From Octopus vulgaris (taxonomy: Eukaryota): a stretch of 64,000 bases of DNA. The notes under the pieces were generated by a model. It searched no databases. It saw nothing but the letters and a program-made list of their open reading frames with translations, and was not told the origin of the DNA. The position numbers and the translations under genes are program-made. The stretch spans positions 40,920,001 to 40,984,000 of the forward strand of contig OX597839.1 of assembly GCA_951406725.2 (NCBI GenBank), in the 5' to 3' direction. Shown in pieces: positions 1-14,717 of this stretch; positions within the stretch are counted from its first letter, which is position 1, and every line of letters begins with the position of its first letter.

Positions 1-164
1 AGCACCGCCTTTTAATCGAGCAAATCGACCCCGGGACTTATTCTTTTTGTAAGCCCAGTACTTATTCTATCGGTCTCTTTATGCCGAACCGCTAAGTGAC
101 GGGGACGTAAACACACACCAGCATCGGTTGTCAAGCAATGCTAGGGACAAACACAGGCACACAA

Positions 165-195
<31 letters not shown>

Positions 196-366
196 CATAT
201 ATACGACAGGCTTCTTTCAGTTTCCGTCTACCAAATCCACTCACAAGGCATTGGTCGGCCAGGGGCTATAGCAGAAGACACTTGCCCAAGATGCCACGCA
301 GTGGGACTGAACCCGGAACCATGTGGTTGGTTAGCAAGCTACTTACCAGACAGCCACTCCTGCGCC
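1..366 (-). mobile_element. tRNA-derived SINE, OK-like octopus family (3' end runs off the window)
   Basis: Reverse complement of head GGCGCAGGAGTGGCTGT..GGTTCCGGGTTCAGTCCC (A/B boxes), internal microsatellite, and the conserved tail found in many other copies in this window. Confidence 0.85.
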
Positions 367-525
367 TATGTAAAATGTGAGAGAAAGAAACGAAACTGTT
401 TCTTGCAATAAATACCAATATATACAGCGAAAGCAAAATCTTTTCAGAAACCCTTCCAAATATTATTGTGGATCCCTAATTCATTATCTTACTTTATGGA
501 CCCCACCCCGCCCCAAATCTTATAT

Positions 526-1338
526 GGGCCCTCAGGGGCCATGTGAACCCCGGTTGAGAACCACTGGACTAAAAGGTAGACCAGGGGTTCTCAACCATTT
601 TTCTTTATCTATGGATCCCTCTGAATACTATTTTATTCTGGTGGACCCATGGGCCCTCCAGGGGCCATGTGAACCCCGGTTGAGAACCACTGGACTAAAA
701 GGTAGACCAGGGATTCTCAACCATTTTCTTTTATCAATGGATCCCTCTGAATACTATTTTATTCTGGTGGACCCCTAGGCCCTCAGGGGCCATGTGAACC
801 CCGGTTGAGAACCACTGGACTAAAAGGTAGACCAGGGATTCTCAACCATTTTCTTTTATCTATGGATCCCTCTGAATACTATTTTATTCTGGTGGACCCC
901 TCGGCCCTCAGGGGTCATGTGAAACCCGGTTGAGAACCACTGGACTAAAAGGTAGACCAGGGGTTCTCAACCATTTTTCTTTATCTATGGATCCCTATGA
1001 ATACTATTTTATTCTGGTGGACCTCTGGGCCCTCAGGGGCCATGTGAACCCCGGTTGAGATCCACTGGACTAAAAGGTAGACCAGGGGTTCTCAATCATT
1101 TTCTTTTATCTATGGATCCCTCTGAATACTATTTTATTCTGTTGGACCTCTGGGCCCTCAGGAGCCATGTGAACCCCGGTTGAGATCCACTGGACTAAAA
1201 GGTAGACCAGGGGTTCTCAACCATTTTCTTTTATCTATGGATCCCTCTGAATACTATTTTATTCTGGTGGACCTCTGGGCCCTCCAGGGGCCATGTGAAC
1301 CCCGGTTGAGAACCACTGGACTAAGAAGTAGACCAGGG
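526..1338. repeat. Tandem array of about 6.5 x 125-bp units, each a hAT/Charlie-like MITE plus a short spacer
   Basis: Units start at 582, 708, 833, 958, 1083 and 1208; each runs from CAGGGGTTCTCAACC to GGTTGAGAACCACTG (15-bp TIR) with spacer GACTAAAAGGTAGAC. Confidence 0.85.
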
Positions 1339-2160
1339 AAACCAAAAAGATATGAATAAATGTGGTAGTACTGGGTGTCTGCGTCGAAAGAATTAATGAA
1401 GAACAAAAAGAAACTTTCCAGAAAATACCAAAAATGCCAGAAATATAATGTGCTATACGATACACTTTCTTTCCATTTGAAAAACACAAGAAAGATATCC
1501 ATCTACTTGATTACATAAATTATGTGTGAATGGATTTATTGTCGTCTGCTTGGCTACAAAAACAAAGGCATTATGGTTATGTATTGATGTAAGTAAATAT
1601 AATGTTACTTTAAAAGTTTTATGCTTCGGTTGTATGTTGTATGGGGTTTAATGAAGTAGGAATACGTTTCCATTACGTCAGTAAAACTAGGATTAGATAT
1701 AATTGTACAAGGAGTGAAAGACGAGTGAGAAAGTAGTGCAAATAAAACGTCGATTAAATTTTTTCAAACATGTCGGCTTCGACGTGGTTTCTGTCAACCA
1801 AATTTCTCTAACAAACGTCATAGTTGCTCTGAAGCTATTATGGTAAACATTTGCTCTGGGCGTCAGGCAATGCTACACAGCAACGTCATTATCAATCCAT
1901 CTCTACTCATGTGCATTCGCCTTGTCTTGCCCTGGGACCTTTCTGTTTGTGATGGCTGCTGGCGAGACAAACGACGTACCTTAGCTGTTTTCGGAACCAG
2001 ACGAAACTAAGCCCTCTCTAAGTCTAATCACAGCACAGCCATTTTATTCCAGAAGACAAGACAGACACAAGAAAGAGTAAAGCTTGCTTCCCTTTTAGGA
2101 GTTATCGGTGGGAGAGAAGGGGTTTCAAAAATAAAAGAAAAAAAATTTTCATAATCATAT

Positions 2161-2850
2161 TGGAGCAGTAGTGGCTGTGTGGTAAGTAGCTTGCTTACCA
2201 ACCACATGGTTCTGGGTTCAGTCCCACTGTGTGGCACCTTGGGCAAGTGTTTTCTTCTATAGCCTGAAGCCGACTAAAGTCTTGTGGGTGAATTTGGTTG
2301 ACGGAAACTAAAAGAATCCCCAACACATTCATCTTGGAGTGTCCCAGGAACAGCTGCAAGACACTGTTATTTACTTCGATTCACCATTAAAATAATTTAA
2401 ATGATCTGCCAAGCTTCTCCTGCCTTGATCTTGTTTTGCTCTTCCTTTAATTGTATATTCGCTGACTCGGAAGTAGGTTACGGATCGCCAACTCCAGACC
2501 CCACTGTGAATTCGAACCCTAGTAGCTTATCAATTGGAACACTCAGACAGCGTACATATAAGTTTAGATCACCAGTGGCCTAAACTCTGTCTATTATATA
2601 TGTGTGTGTCTGTGTGTGGTTGTATGTATATCTATGTGTGTGTACTTTTCTGTCTGTGTTTGCCACCCCCGCTACCACTTAACAACCGGTGTTAGCGTGT
2701 TGACATCCTCATGATGTAGCGGTTCGACAAAAGTGACGGATAGAACAAGTACCAGGCTTTTAAAAATTAAGTCCTGGAGTGGATTCATTCAACTGAAAGT
2801 TAAAAGCGGTGCCCCAGCATGACTACAGTCAAATCACTGAAAAAAAAAGA
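2161..2850 (+). mobile_element. Diverged OK-like SINE interrupted by a ~265-bp insert (2321-2587)
   Basis: Head GGAGCAGTAGTGGCTGTGTGGTAAGTAG at 2162; tail ACAACCGGTG..GGTGCCCCAGCATGACTACAGTCAAAT resumes after 2590. Confidence 0.75.
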
Positions 2851-2869
2851 AGAGAAAAGATAACAGATA

Positions 2870-3005
2870 ATATTTGATCGATCTCGAAAGGATGGAATTC
2901 AAAGTTGACCTCGACGGGATTTGAACTCCAGACGCATAGATCTAGAACGAATACTACAAAGCCATATATTTGATGTTCAAACGACTCTTATCAATGGATC
3001 AGCTC
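2870..3005 (-). mobile_element. Degenerate Deu/Nin-domain-type SINE fragment
   Basis: Similar to the 55822-56040 copy (GAAAGGATG..AAAGTTGACCTCGACGGGATTTGAACTC). Confidence 0.55.
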
Positions 3006-3008
3006 ATG

Positions 3009-3075
<67 letters not shown>

Positions 3076-3208
3076 ATACATATATATATATATACATATA
3101 TATACACATACATATATTTATATATATATACACACACATATATATTTATATACGTATCTATATATACATATATATATACATATACATATATACACACATA
3201 TATATATG

Positions 3209-3324
<116 letters not shown>

Positions 3325-3327
3325 CAA

Positions 3328-3372
<45 letters not shown>

Positions 3373-4028
3373 GCATATTTGCTATGTATATATGTATATA
3401 TATATATAAAGCATGTTTGCTAACACTCTCTGGCTTACTTGCTCATTTATTTGCATACCTGCTTATCTCCCTTGTTCAAACTCTTTCGCGTCACATGAAG
3501 CATCTAATTTTCATTTTCAGTCGGATGACATTCTCAACAATGAAATCAGTTCATTTGCTTGAAATGTCTGTCCGTGTGTCGCTTTTGATTCAAGTGTTTC
3601 AGAGATTTGTCCATGAGAAGTCGACCAGAAACAAAACCAGTGCATTACAATGTTGAAAGAATCTCCATTGTCGGCGTCCATTTGACCGGAAGTACAATCG
3701 AAACAAGAGTGGTGCTGCTATTTCCGCCAAATTTCTATGTCAAGGATGTAATCGAATCGTATATGTATGTGTTTGTATGTAACTGTATACGTTTACGTAT
3801 ATGAGTGTATATGTTTAAGCATGAAAAGGAGAGAGAGAGAAGAGTGGGGCAGGGAGACAGTGTTGTGTACATGTGTATGCGAGTTTCGTGCGTTGTTAGG
3901 AATTCATATTCGGATATGCGGGTTTATATACTTGCATACGAATGTATGCATGTGTATGCGTGTGTATGCACATTTATATATATATGTATGTGTGTGTGTG
4001 TGTGTGTAATGTATGTATATATATATAC

Positions 4029-4083
<55 letters not shown>

Positions 4084-4153
4084 CATATATATACACAACA
4101 TATATATATATTATATATGTATGTATACATGTTGTGTATATATGTGTAGCGTG

Positions 4154-4210
<57 letters not shown>

Positions 4211-4359
4211 GCTGGTAGTTTGATCATACACCATACAAACGTAATAAATTGCCTCAGGCTTGAATCAAAGGAGAATACTTATAATAAAAGGAGTTCATAA
4301 GAAAGTGCGCTGAGATAATGCACTCGAAGTGCCGACGTTTGTTGACACAAAATGTCCAT

Positions 4360-4878
4360 GCGCAAGCATGGCTTGTGTGGTTAAGAAGTGCACTTTAAAC
4401 CATGAAGATTCAGGTTCAATTCCACTGCACGACACCATGGTTTAAGTGTCTTCTACTATCGCCCCGGACCGACCAGTGCCTTGCGAATGAATTTGGCAGA
4501 CGGAGACTGAAAGAAGCCTGTCATATATACATACATATATATATATTGATATATATATATATTGTATATATATATTGATATATATATATATATATAGTAT
4601 ATAGCATGTTTGCTAAAGGGCCTTTTCACTCTCTGGCTTACTTGCTCATTTATTTGCATACCTGCTTATCTCCCTTGTTCAAACTCTTTTGTGTCACAGT
4701 TAAGGCATACACACGCGCGCGCACACCTATAAATATATATAAAACAATCAATACTATAGTTCTATATTTAAGAGTTGAGGAATTATGTGTTTGTCCTCCT
4801 GCTATCGCTTGGCAACCGATAGTGGTGTGTTTACGTCCGCATAACTTAGCGGTTCGGCAAAAGAGACTGACCGAATAA
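4360..4878 (+). mobile_element. Diverged OK-like SINE; its tail continues at 5450-5540 after a LINE insertion
   Basis: Head similarity at 4360-4520; tail AACTTAGCGGTTCGGCAAAAGAGAC at 4843-4867; remainder AAAGAATAAGCCCTGGGGTCGATTT at about 5464. Confidence 0.6.
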
Positions 4879-5445
4879 ATAATAATGATGAAATTATTGT
4901 ATACAGTGCTCAGGTGCACCACAACTTATCAAAAGTGTGTATAAAGTATATGCAGTAATGTACAAATGTCTGGAAAGCGAACAATGTATGAGTCAGCTAC
5001 ATGCTTGTGTGTGTATGGAGGGGAGAAAATCAGGTGTAATGTTGGCGAATCTCTCAGGAAGCATGGAAGTTTTGAAGGATGCAGTGCTCCGACAACTAAC
5101 AACTGATGCCGGCAGTTTGTTCCATGCTTCAGCAACTCTCAGCGTGAAAAAATGTTTCCTGAAGTCATGGGAGCTGTGCTGTTTTCTAACTTTGTAAATA
5201 TGTCCACGGGTGTTAGACGGGTGGAGTTTGAAAAGGTGCTCAGAGTTATTGTTTGTAAGATGGTTGATAAATTTATGGGTGTCTGCCAAGTCAGCTGCCA
5301 GACGTCGGAGTTTCAATGTGTCCATGCCCAGGGAAGTAAGGCGTTCAGAATATGGCAAATGCCTGATGGAGGGTATTCTTTTGGTTGCACGTCGCTGAAC
5401 GGCTTCCAGACGATTGGTATCCTGGGCACGATTGGTATCCTGGGT
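4879..5445 (-). mobile_element. 5'-truncated CR1-like LINE (ORF2 C-terminus and 3' UTR)
   Basis: ORF 4993-5358 reads PYSERLTSLGMDTLKLRRL..SNTRGH..RKHFFTLRVAEAWNKLP, preceded by VQRRATK; this is the typical CR1 post-RT tail. It ends in an (ATT)n-like tail. Confidence 0.85.
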
Positions 5446-5957
5446 TCCAAATAATAAACTTACAAAGAATAAGCCCTGGGGTCGATTTCTTCGACTAAAA
5501 CACTTTCAGGCAATGCTTCAGTATGATGGCAACAGCCAAATGGTTGAACCAAGTAAAATAATAAAAGACTTAAAGAATAGAAGAATAAAAGAATATAGGA
5601 ATAAAAGAATTGACGAATAAAAGAATACACACTTTCCTTTATATCGTATATACGTGTGTGTGTGTGTGTGTTGATTCTCATAGCATGAATATTTTACATG
5701 TCATCTAATATTCTGTTTGTAAAAACGTCACAACTTGAACCGAGAGACTAAAAACTAAACAACTTGCACCACGATTCTCTTAAAGTTAATGAAATTATAG
5801 ATTTATTCGTATACAACCCGAGGGTTTTGTCAGGCAGGAGCAGATGTTCACCTGATGTTTCTAATTTCCTTTTCAGGAACTTTCATAAACTGTTATGTTT
5901 GCATTGCACATTTATTTTGAAATTATTTGACAAGGATATCCATGGATACATATGTGA

Positions 5958-6030
<73 letters not shown>

Positions 6031-6253
6031 TGTGTGTGTATGTATGTATGTATGTATGTATGTATGTATGTATGTATGTATGTATGTGTGTGTGTATGTA
6101 TGTATATACATATTATGTGCGTGTATGTGTTTATGTGTATGAATGTATATATATATATATATATAAGTATTTATGGATGTGTGTAACTATGAATGTATGT
6201 TTGTATGCGTGTACATTTTTGTTTATGTATGTGTGTATAAATGCATTACATAA

Positions 6254-6341
<88 letters not shown>

Positions 6342-6472
6342 ATATCATTGTGATCACTGTGACCGACCAGGCTATCAGATGTTGCTACACATCGCTGGTC
6401 ACAATGTGCTTCGCATTGTTTTAGCCTTCAAATGACGCCACTTTGCTGGCTAAACGAACAGGCCAATATATA

Positions 6473-6516
<44 letters not shown>

Positions 6517-6523
<7 letters not shown>

Positions 6524-7024
6524 ATATTTCAGAATGGTCATTTTGCCAGTTTAGCCAATAAAAACACACGCACTATATATTTGGTGTTATTTTGCTTCAG
6601 TGTTATTTATTTTTTACATTAATCTTAATCTTATTTCGGCCAGAGTTCTTTCGTCACACTCCTGTGACCGCATCAGTGGTCCTTTGTTTTCTTCTTTCTT
6701 ATTTGTGTCTCTCCTTACTAACCGTCAGCCATTTTGATGGTCCTTTGTTTTCTTCTTTCTTATTTGTGTCTCTCCTTACTAACCGTCAGCCATTTTGATA
6801 TACAAAATGGCTGACGGTTTGTAAGGAGAGACACAAATAAGAAAGAAGAAAACAAAGGACCACTGATGCGGTCACAGGAGTGTGACGAAAGAACTCTGGC
6901 CGAAATAAGATTAAGATTAATGTAAAAAATAAATAACACTGAAGCAAAATAACACCAAATATATAGTGCATGTGTTTTTATTGGCTAAACTGGCAAAATG
7001 ACCATTCCGAAATATAACAATATA
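6517..7024. mobile_element. ~500-bp palindromic cassette in (TA)n, Penelope-like inverted pLTR remnant with a minimal hammerhead on each arm
   Basis: Near-perfect inverted arms centred near 6799; left arm has a 60-bp tandem duplication; motif CCA-CTGATGCG-GTCACA/TGTGAC-GAAA-GAACTC-TGG at 6860-6899. Confidence 0.7.
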
Positions 7025-7623
7025 TGTTTCAACACACGACTTCACATAAAAAATCTTGCACTGCAAATATTTAAACGTGTGTATATATATATAATAAGGA
7101 TACAATCATAAAAATGATTATACCATTTTATGATTGTATCCTTTATCTTATAAGTATATAAATAATTTTGAAGTTCTCTAGTCAGAATATTTTAATGCGG
7201 GACTGCATTTATTTACCCCGTATGACTTTTGACATTATCCACATGGTCGAGATGGGTTTGAAGATGAAATGTATACACGGGAATTGTATCTATGCATTGG
7301 TATCTGCGGGTGAATTTACCTGTGGGTACGTATATTTCTCGTTTGTATATTAATGGTATTTTCTACTGAAGATCGCAAAGCAATTTTCTTGCAGAGCGTG
7401 AAATCTCGATGTTTGGGACTATCCCATATTTTTTCTTTTTTTTTTTTTTTTATATTTTCTTGCTCATTCCCTCGCGTTCATACCTGTGGCTGAATATAGA
7501 GAACAAATTGTAGTGGATCGTAGGTATTTGACACCTATTTCTAGCATTGGCGATGGTCATTTCCAGTAGCTCTTAACTGTAATTATATCTTTATAATTAT
7601 ACACGTAAACACACACACACACA

Positions 7624-7700
<77 letters not shown>

Positions 7701-7757
7701 TTTTATTCTTTTATTCTTTTACTTGTTTCAATCATTTGACTGCGGCCATGCTAGAGC

Positions 7758-7820
<63 letters not shown>

Positions 7821-7869
7821 TGTGTGTGTGTGTGTACGTGTGTGTTTGCGTGTATGCGTGTGTATGTAT

Positions 7870-8190
7870 GCATGTATGTCTGTTGTGCAACAACATTAGA
7901 ATGAAATACTCCATTAATATTCCGAGCTATCTGTGATGCTGTATTTTCATGAAGGAACTCATATTTTAAAACTGTACGAATTTCCGACTTATCCATCTCT
8001 AAACAAAAATAGCAAAAAACGATTTATTAATACTTTTTTATAAAGCGCAAAAGGATTTAGCATAAAGAAATTGATGTGTCAGCTTTCTAACAAAAAAACA
8101 AAGATTGTCAAAATATAATAATGGCGCAAAATGAGCAGCTGTCAAAGTTTGCATCACATTACTACAAATTTCATACTTGATAACCTAATA
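7870..8190 (-). mobile_element. Mariner transposon 5' relic (TIR and transposase N-terminal HTH)
   Basis: MDKSEIRTVLKYEFLHENTASQIARNINGVF matches the mariner N-terminus; TIR-like TATTAGGTTATCAAGTATGAAA at about 8169-8190. Confidence 0.75.
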
Positions 8191-8554
8191 ATTACGAATA
8201 TTTGTATATGTATGTATGCATTTGTCAGCCACTTTAAATCATTTCTCGTAACCCATTTTGATTTTAAATTATACAAATTCCCTAGGCTATAAATGTTTTT
8301 TTACTCTTTTCTATACATGGTGAAGTCCACTGGCTTCTGGAGATAACGTCAGACAATTCTCACACTGACGATAGCAATTTAGCCAGAAACATCTATCTGC
8401 AACTATCCTCTAATCACCCAAACATAAGCCTGTCGTTTTCCTTGTAAATCTTGAGATTATTTCCGCTTCTGAAATGAATCTGGTCTCGATTGTCATTTCG
8501 TAATTATATGTGGGTATGCGTTTGTGTATGTGCGTGTGTGTGTGTATGTGAATG

Positions 8555-9130
8555 TGTGTTGGTGTGTTTACATCCCCGTAACTTAGCGGTTCGTCAACAA
8601 AGACCGATAGAATAAGTAAAGGCTTAAGAAATAAGTCTTGGGGTCGATTTGTTCGACTAAAACCCTTCAACGCCGTGCTCCAGCATGGCCGCAGTCAAAT
8701 GAGTGAAAGAGGTAAAAAAAATAAAATAAACCATTTGCCTTGGATTGGTACATTTTTATCGATCTTAAAAAGATAAAAAGCAACCTTGACCTTGGTGAGA
8801 TTCGAACTCACAACTCAGAGAATCAAAACAAATAGCGTAAAGCATTTTACCCGACGTACTAACGACACCGCAAATTTGCTTCAGTGGTTGGGAATTCTAC
8901 ACACACTTGTAGAATAAAACCCCAAACGATTTTTTTTTTAATAAAAGAAACCATTTGCCTTGGATTGGTATATTTTTATCGATCTTGAAAAGATAAAAAG
9001 CAACTGTGACCTTGGTGAGATTCGAACTCACAACTCAGAGAATCAAAACATATAGCGTAAAGCATTTTACCCGACGTACTAACGACACCGCGAATTTGCT
9101 TCAGTGGTTGGGCATTCTACACACACTTGT
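8555..9130. mobile_element. OK-like SINE tail followed by a 220-bp tandem duplication carrying a degenerate Deu/Nin-type SINE
   Basis: Tail at 8555-8725; 8731-8910 is repeated at 8951-9130. Confidence 0.7.
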
Positions 9131-9786
9131 GCTTTTTGCGTGAGACTCGAACACAACCATCGTATCACTCTATACGATAAAAGCTCCTCGAACAGCTGTA
9201 ACCGCCTAACGTTATCTCCCCGTCTTGTTCTTATTTAAACCATTAACTGTTTCTGATTAACATAACTCATAAAACCCCCAAACGATTTTGGATTATCTCC
9301 GCTTTAAATTAATCTAAATTAATTACCTATGTATCATAATTACGTAATAACGGAATTGATAATGTTTATTGCGAGTGAAACAGCTGTCGAGCGTCATTAA
9401 ATTATGAAATATATACGAAATTTATAATGTTTCTGCATTTTATTTTTAACACGTTGCTCTAAAGAATTGTTTTAACCAATTATGTATATACATGCGAGTG
9501 TATATTTTTTTTTCTCCTTCACGATTTACTGCAATGTTAAAACATGATGGAGTTTAACGTCCTCTTATTCATTATGTTCTTAATTATCGTGGTTATACAT
9601 TGTTTTAATGTTTATTCATCAACTCTTTCCAGATCTTTCTATCTTTTTTTTATATATACATATATATATAAGTACACACATATATATACATACATACATA
9701 CGCACACATAATCGTTTGCGCACACACACACACACTCTCTCTCTCTCTCACACACACACACATATATAAAGTTTCACTTTATATAA

Positions 9787-9830
<44 letters not shown>

Positions 9831-10198
9831 TATATATGTACATATATATATTAAACATACGCATTTATACATATGTATATATACGTCTATTTATGTAAAA
9901 ATAAATATAGATATATATTTATACATAACTGAAAATTATATATATATATATATACATATATATATACATACATATATATATATATACATACATATATACA
10001 TAAATATGTATATGTATATATATATGTATATATATATGCACATATATATGCATGCATATCTGAATTTATACACACACGCATACATATATATACATATATA
10101 TATATACATATGTATACATATATATATACATATATATATATACATATATTTACATATATAAATATATACATATGTACATATATATATACGTACATATA

Positions 10199-10246
<48 letters not shown>

Positions 10247-11045
10247 CATATATCATTAACAAACTTTTTCAGACCTCTCTGTTACTGTGTTCAGAGCTCT
10301 TTAATAATCAATATCGTGTCACCGATATTCATATAATATTGTAAAAGGTCGAAATTGAAGCCTCTTTGTATGAAGCAATAATTTTATTGTTGCCGATTAA
10401 GCTTGTCACGCCTAAATAAATTTATCGACAAGTAGAAAATAAATTTTCTCATTCTGTGATTATGGAGGTATAAGACTTCTTTCAGCTAGTTTTTTCTATT
10501 AAATTTATTTATTCTACATATATTTCGATACACACATAACATATAAGCATACACGTACATATACGTATGCAGATCGATATATGATTGTATATATGTATAT
10601 ATATAAATATATATATTTATATATATATATATATTTGTGTGTGTGTGTGTGTGTGTACATATATATATATGCATGTGTATATATACATCGATATATATAT
10701 ATGTATGTATACATGTATATACATATTTCTATACATATATATGTACATGCATACATATATACATATATGCATACATCCATTCATACAGACACGCATACAT
10801 ACATACGTGTATACATACACATACATACAGACAGACAGACAGACATTCAGTCAGGCGGACAGACATACAAAACATAGAGACATACGATTTCCAGTAGTCA
10901 TTCTAAAGCTACGTTCACTGGTCTCAAGGCAGACGACAGACGTTAGTTCTACATCAAACGAAAGCAACAGTCTGTCATGGCTGCCGTCGGCAATTTGTAG
11001 TTGTTCACCTTTGGATTTATATGTGTGTGTATTTATATATCTATA

Positions 11046-11076
<31 letters not shown>

Positions 11077-11181
11077 CTGTGTGCTTGTGTGTGTGTGTAT
11101 ATATATATATATATGTGTGTGTATATATATATATATGTATATATATATGTATATATATATATATAAAGAGACATATATGTT

Positions 11182-11220
<39 letters not shown>

Positions 11221-11323
11221 ATACATATATACATACATATACATATATATATATATATATGTGTGTGTGTGTATACATATATGTATATATGTGTGTGTGG
11301 GGGATGTATGGGTGTGTGTGTAG

Positions 11324-11357
<34 letters not shown>

Positions 11358-11413
11358 ACATATATGTATGTGTATGCATGTATATTATGTATTTCTCTAT
11401 ATATACGTGTGTG

Positions 11414-11445
<32 letters not shown>

Positions 11446-12056
11446 CGTGTGGGTATTCTTAATCTATTATTCTTATTATGCTCCTTTGTCCTTTCCTTCT
11501 TCTTTATATTCTTCTTTTTCTCTTCCTCTTCTTCTTCTTCTTCTTCTTCTCTTTTTAATTATTCATCTTCGTCTTTAATTCTTTCATTTAAAGATTCCAG
11601 CCATAAGTTTGCCAAACTTCAAATCTTCCTTCATCAATAATAGATTAATAATAGACACAAAACAAGCAGCGCATCACATCAACCGTTATAAACGCACTGG
11701 AGTAAAGTAGCTTCCGTGTGTTTACGTTTCGAGTTCAAATCCCACGAGTTCCTTGTATTTATATCAAAACCACAAAAAATATATTTAGAGATAAAGATAA
11801 CATACTTGTAATACACTGGTGTCAAAACAAACGCGCAGGCTCTACAACAAAGTGCGTACAGATATAACTGGAATCGATCTAATCATCTCTATATGTAGGG
11901 CTATGTAATTAAGAAGCTCGTTTGCCAAGTGCGTGGCTTCCGGGTTCAGTCCCACTGCGTGGCACCTTGGGCAAGTGTCTCCTACGATAGCCCCGAGCCG
12001 ACCAAAGTATCGTAAGTGAATTTGATGGGCGGAGGAGACTGGATATACGCTTACAA

Positions 12057-12491
<435 letters not shown>

Positions 12492-12687
12492 GCAGTACTG
12501 GAAATTAACAGATAAATACCCTGAAACATGGCTGCAGATGCCTGACCAGCAAGGAGAAGCGGCTGACCTCCCCTGTTCGAAGGTTCGTGTGTCATATAGC
12601 TTGTTAGAGGCGATGGCCTCTTGGAGCTAATCAACGGCAGCTGTAGTCTTATATTTATGGACTGCCATTATAGCTTGGAGATAACTG

Positions 12688-12750
<63 letters not shown>

Positions 12751-12981
12751 TATTTGTGTGTGTGTTTGTCTTCCCAACGATGTTGATGTGTTTACGTCTC
12801 CGTAACTCAGCGGTTCGGCAAAAGGGATCGATAGAGTAAGTACTAGGCTTACAAAGAATAAATCCTGGGGTCGATTTGTTCGACTAAAGGCGTTGCTCCA
12901 GTATGGCCGCAGTCAAATGACTGAAACAAGTAAAAGAAAAAAGAATTATATATATATACATATATACATATATATATATAT

Positions 12982-13032
<51 letters not shown>

Positions 13033-13057
13033 TATAAATATAGATATAGATATAGAT

Positions 13058-13164
<107 letters not shown>

Positions 13165-13429
13165 AACAGACAAACAAACTGACGGGCGGACAGACAGACA
13201 GACGGATAGATGGAAAAATATGATAAACCGTAAGATGCGGGTTTTTTTCTCTCTTGATCATTCTCTCTCCTCCATTTGCTCCGTTTAACATAACCAGTAA
13301 TATTACTAAGTACAGCCGTAACCACGCCACTTCACTGCGAGTAGCTTGGCTGAAGGCGCTCAACGCGGAGCACTAAAATCACAAGTAGCAATCGTACTTC
13401 GAACAATACACACATGAAATTAGTACATT

Positions 13430-13657
13430 ACTCTTACTCTCTCTTTTACTCTTTCACTAGTTTCAGTCATTTGACTGCGGCCATGCTAGAGCACCGCCTT
13501 CTAGTCGAGCAAAATCGACCCCGGTACTTATTCTTTTTGTAAGCCCAGTACTTATTCTATCGGTCTCTTTTGCCGAACCGCTAAGTGACGGGGACGTAAA
13601 CACACCAGCATGGGTTGTCAAGCAATGCTAGAGGGACAAACACAGACACACAAACAT

Positions 13658-13720
<63 letters not shown>

Positions 13721-14250
13721 TACGACAGGCTTCTTTCAGTTTCCGTCTACCAAATCCACTCACAAGGTTTTGGTCGGCCCGAGGCTATAGCAGAAGACAC
13801 TTGCCCAAGGTGCCACGCAGTGGGACTGAACCCGGAACCATGTGGTTGGGAAGCAAGCTACTTACCACACAGCCACTCCTGCGCCTTTTTTTTTCTTTTA
13901 TTCTGTTATTTGTTTCAGTTATTTGACTGCGGCCATTCTGGTGCACCGCCTTTAGTTGAGCAAATTTACCCATGGACTTATTCTTTGTAAGCCTAGTACT
14001 TATTCTATTGGTTTCTAGTTACGAGGACGTAAACACACCAACATCGGTTGTCGAGCGATGTTGCGAGGACACACACACATATACACACACACGACGGGCT
14101 TCTTTCAGTTTCCGTCTACCAAATCAACTCACAGGGCTTTGGCCAGCCCGAGGTTGTAGTAGAAAACACTTGCCCAAGGTGCCGCGCAGTGTGACTGAAC
14201 CCGGAACCATGTAGTTCATTACCAAGTTACTTACCACACAGCCAGCCACT
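13430..14250 (-). mobile_element. Two adjacent OK-like SINEs (13430-13885 full length; 13900-14250 diverged)
   Basis: Full head, microsatellite and tail homology to the other copies. Confidence 0.85.
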
Positions 14251-14368
14251 TCTGGCGTGTACGAATATTTTTACCTAAAGTCTGTAGAGAAGCTTTCAAA
14301 ATGTTTTCCAATGTCAACAAAGCTCTTACGTAAATTCACGAACACGAACGTTTATACATCCATCCATC

Positions 14369-14446
<78 letters not shown>

Positions 14447-14484
14447 GCCACAGCTCATGAGCTGAAACTAGAATCAATCAATCA

Positions 14485-14524
<40 letters not shown>

Positions 14525-14556
14525 CATACATACATATATATTTATATATATGTATG

Positions 14557-14717
<161 letters not shown>

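Noticed and set aside
526-1338. CRISPR-like appearance of the array
   Set aside because: Whole units repeat with no unique spacers, there are no cas genes and the context is eukaryotic.
14445-14490. AGCTCATGAGCT-GAAAC hairpin with an (AATC)n tail between TA tracts
   Set aside because: Too short to classify; probably a truncated retroelement 3' end without a catalytic core.
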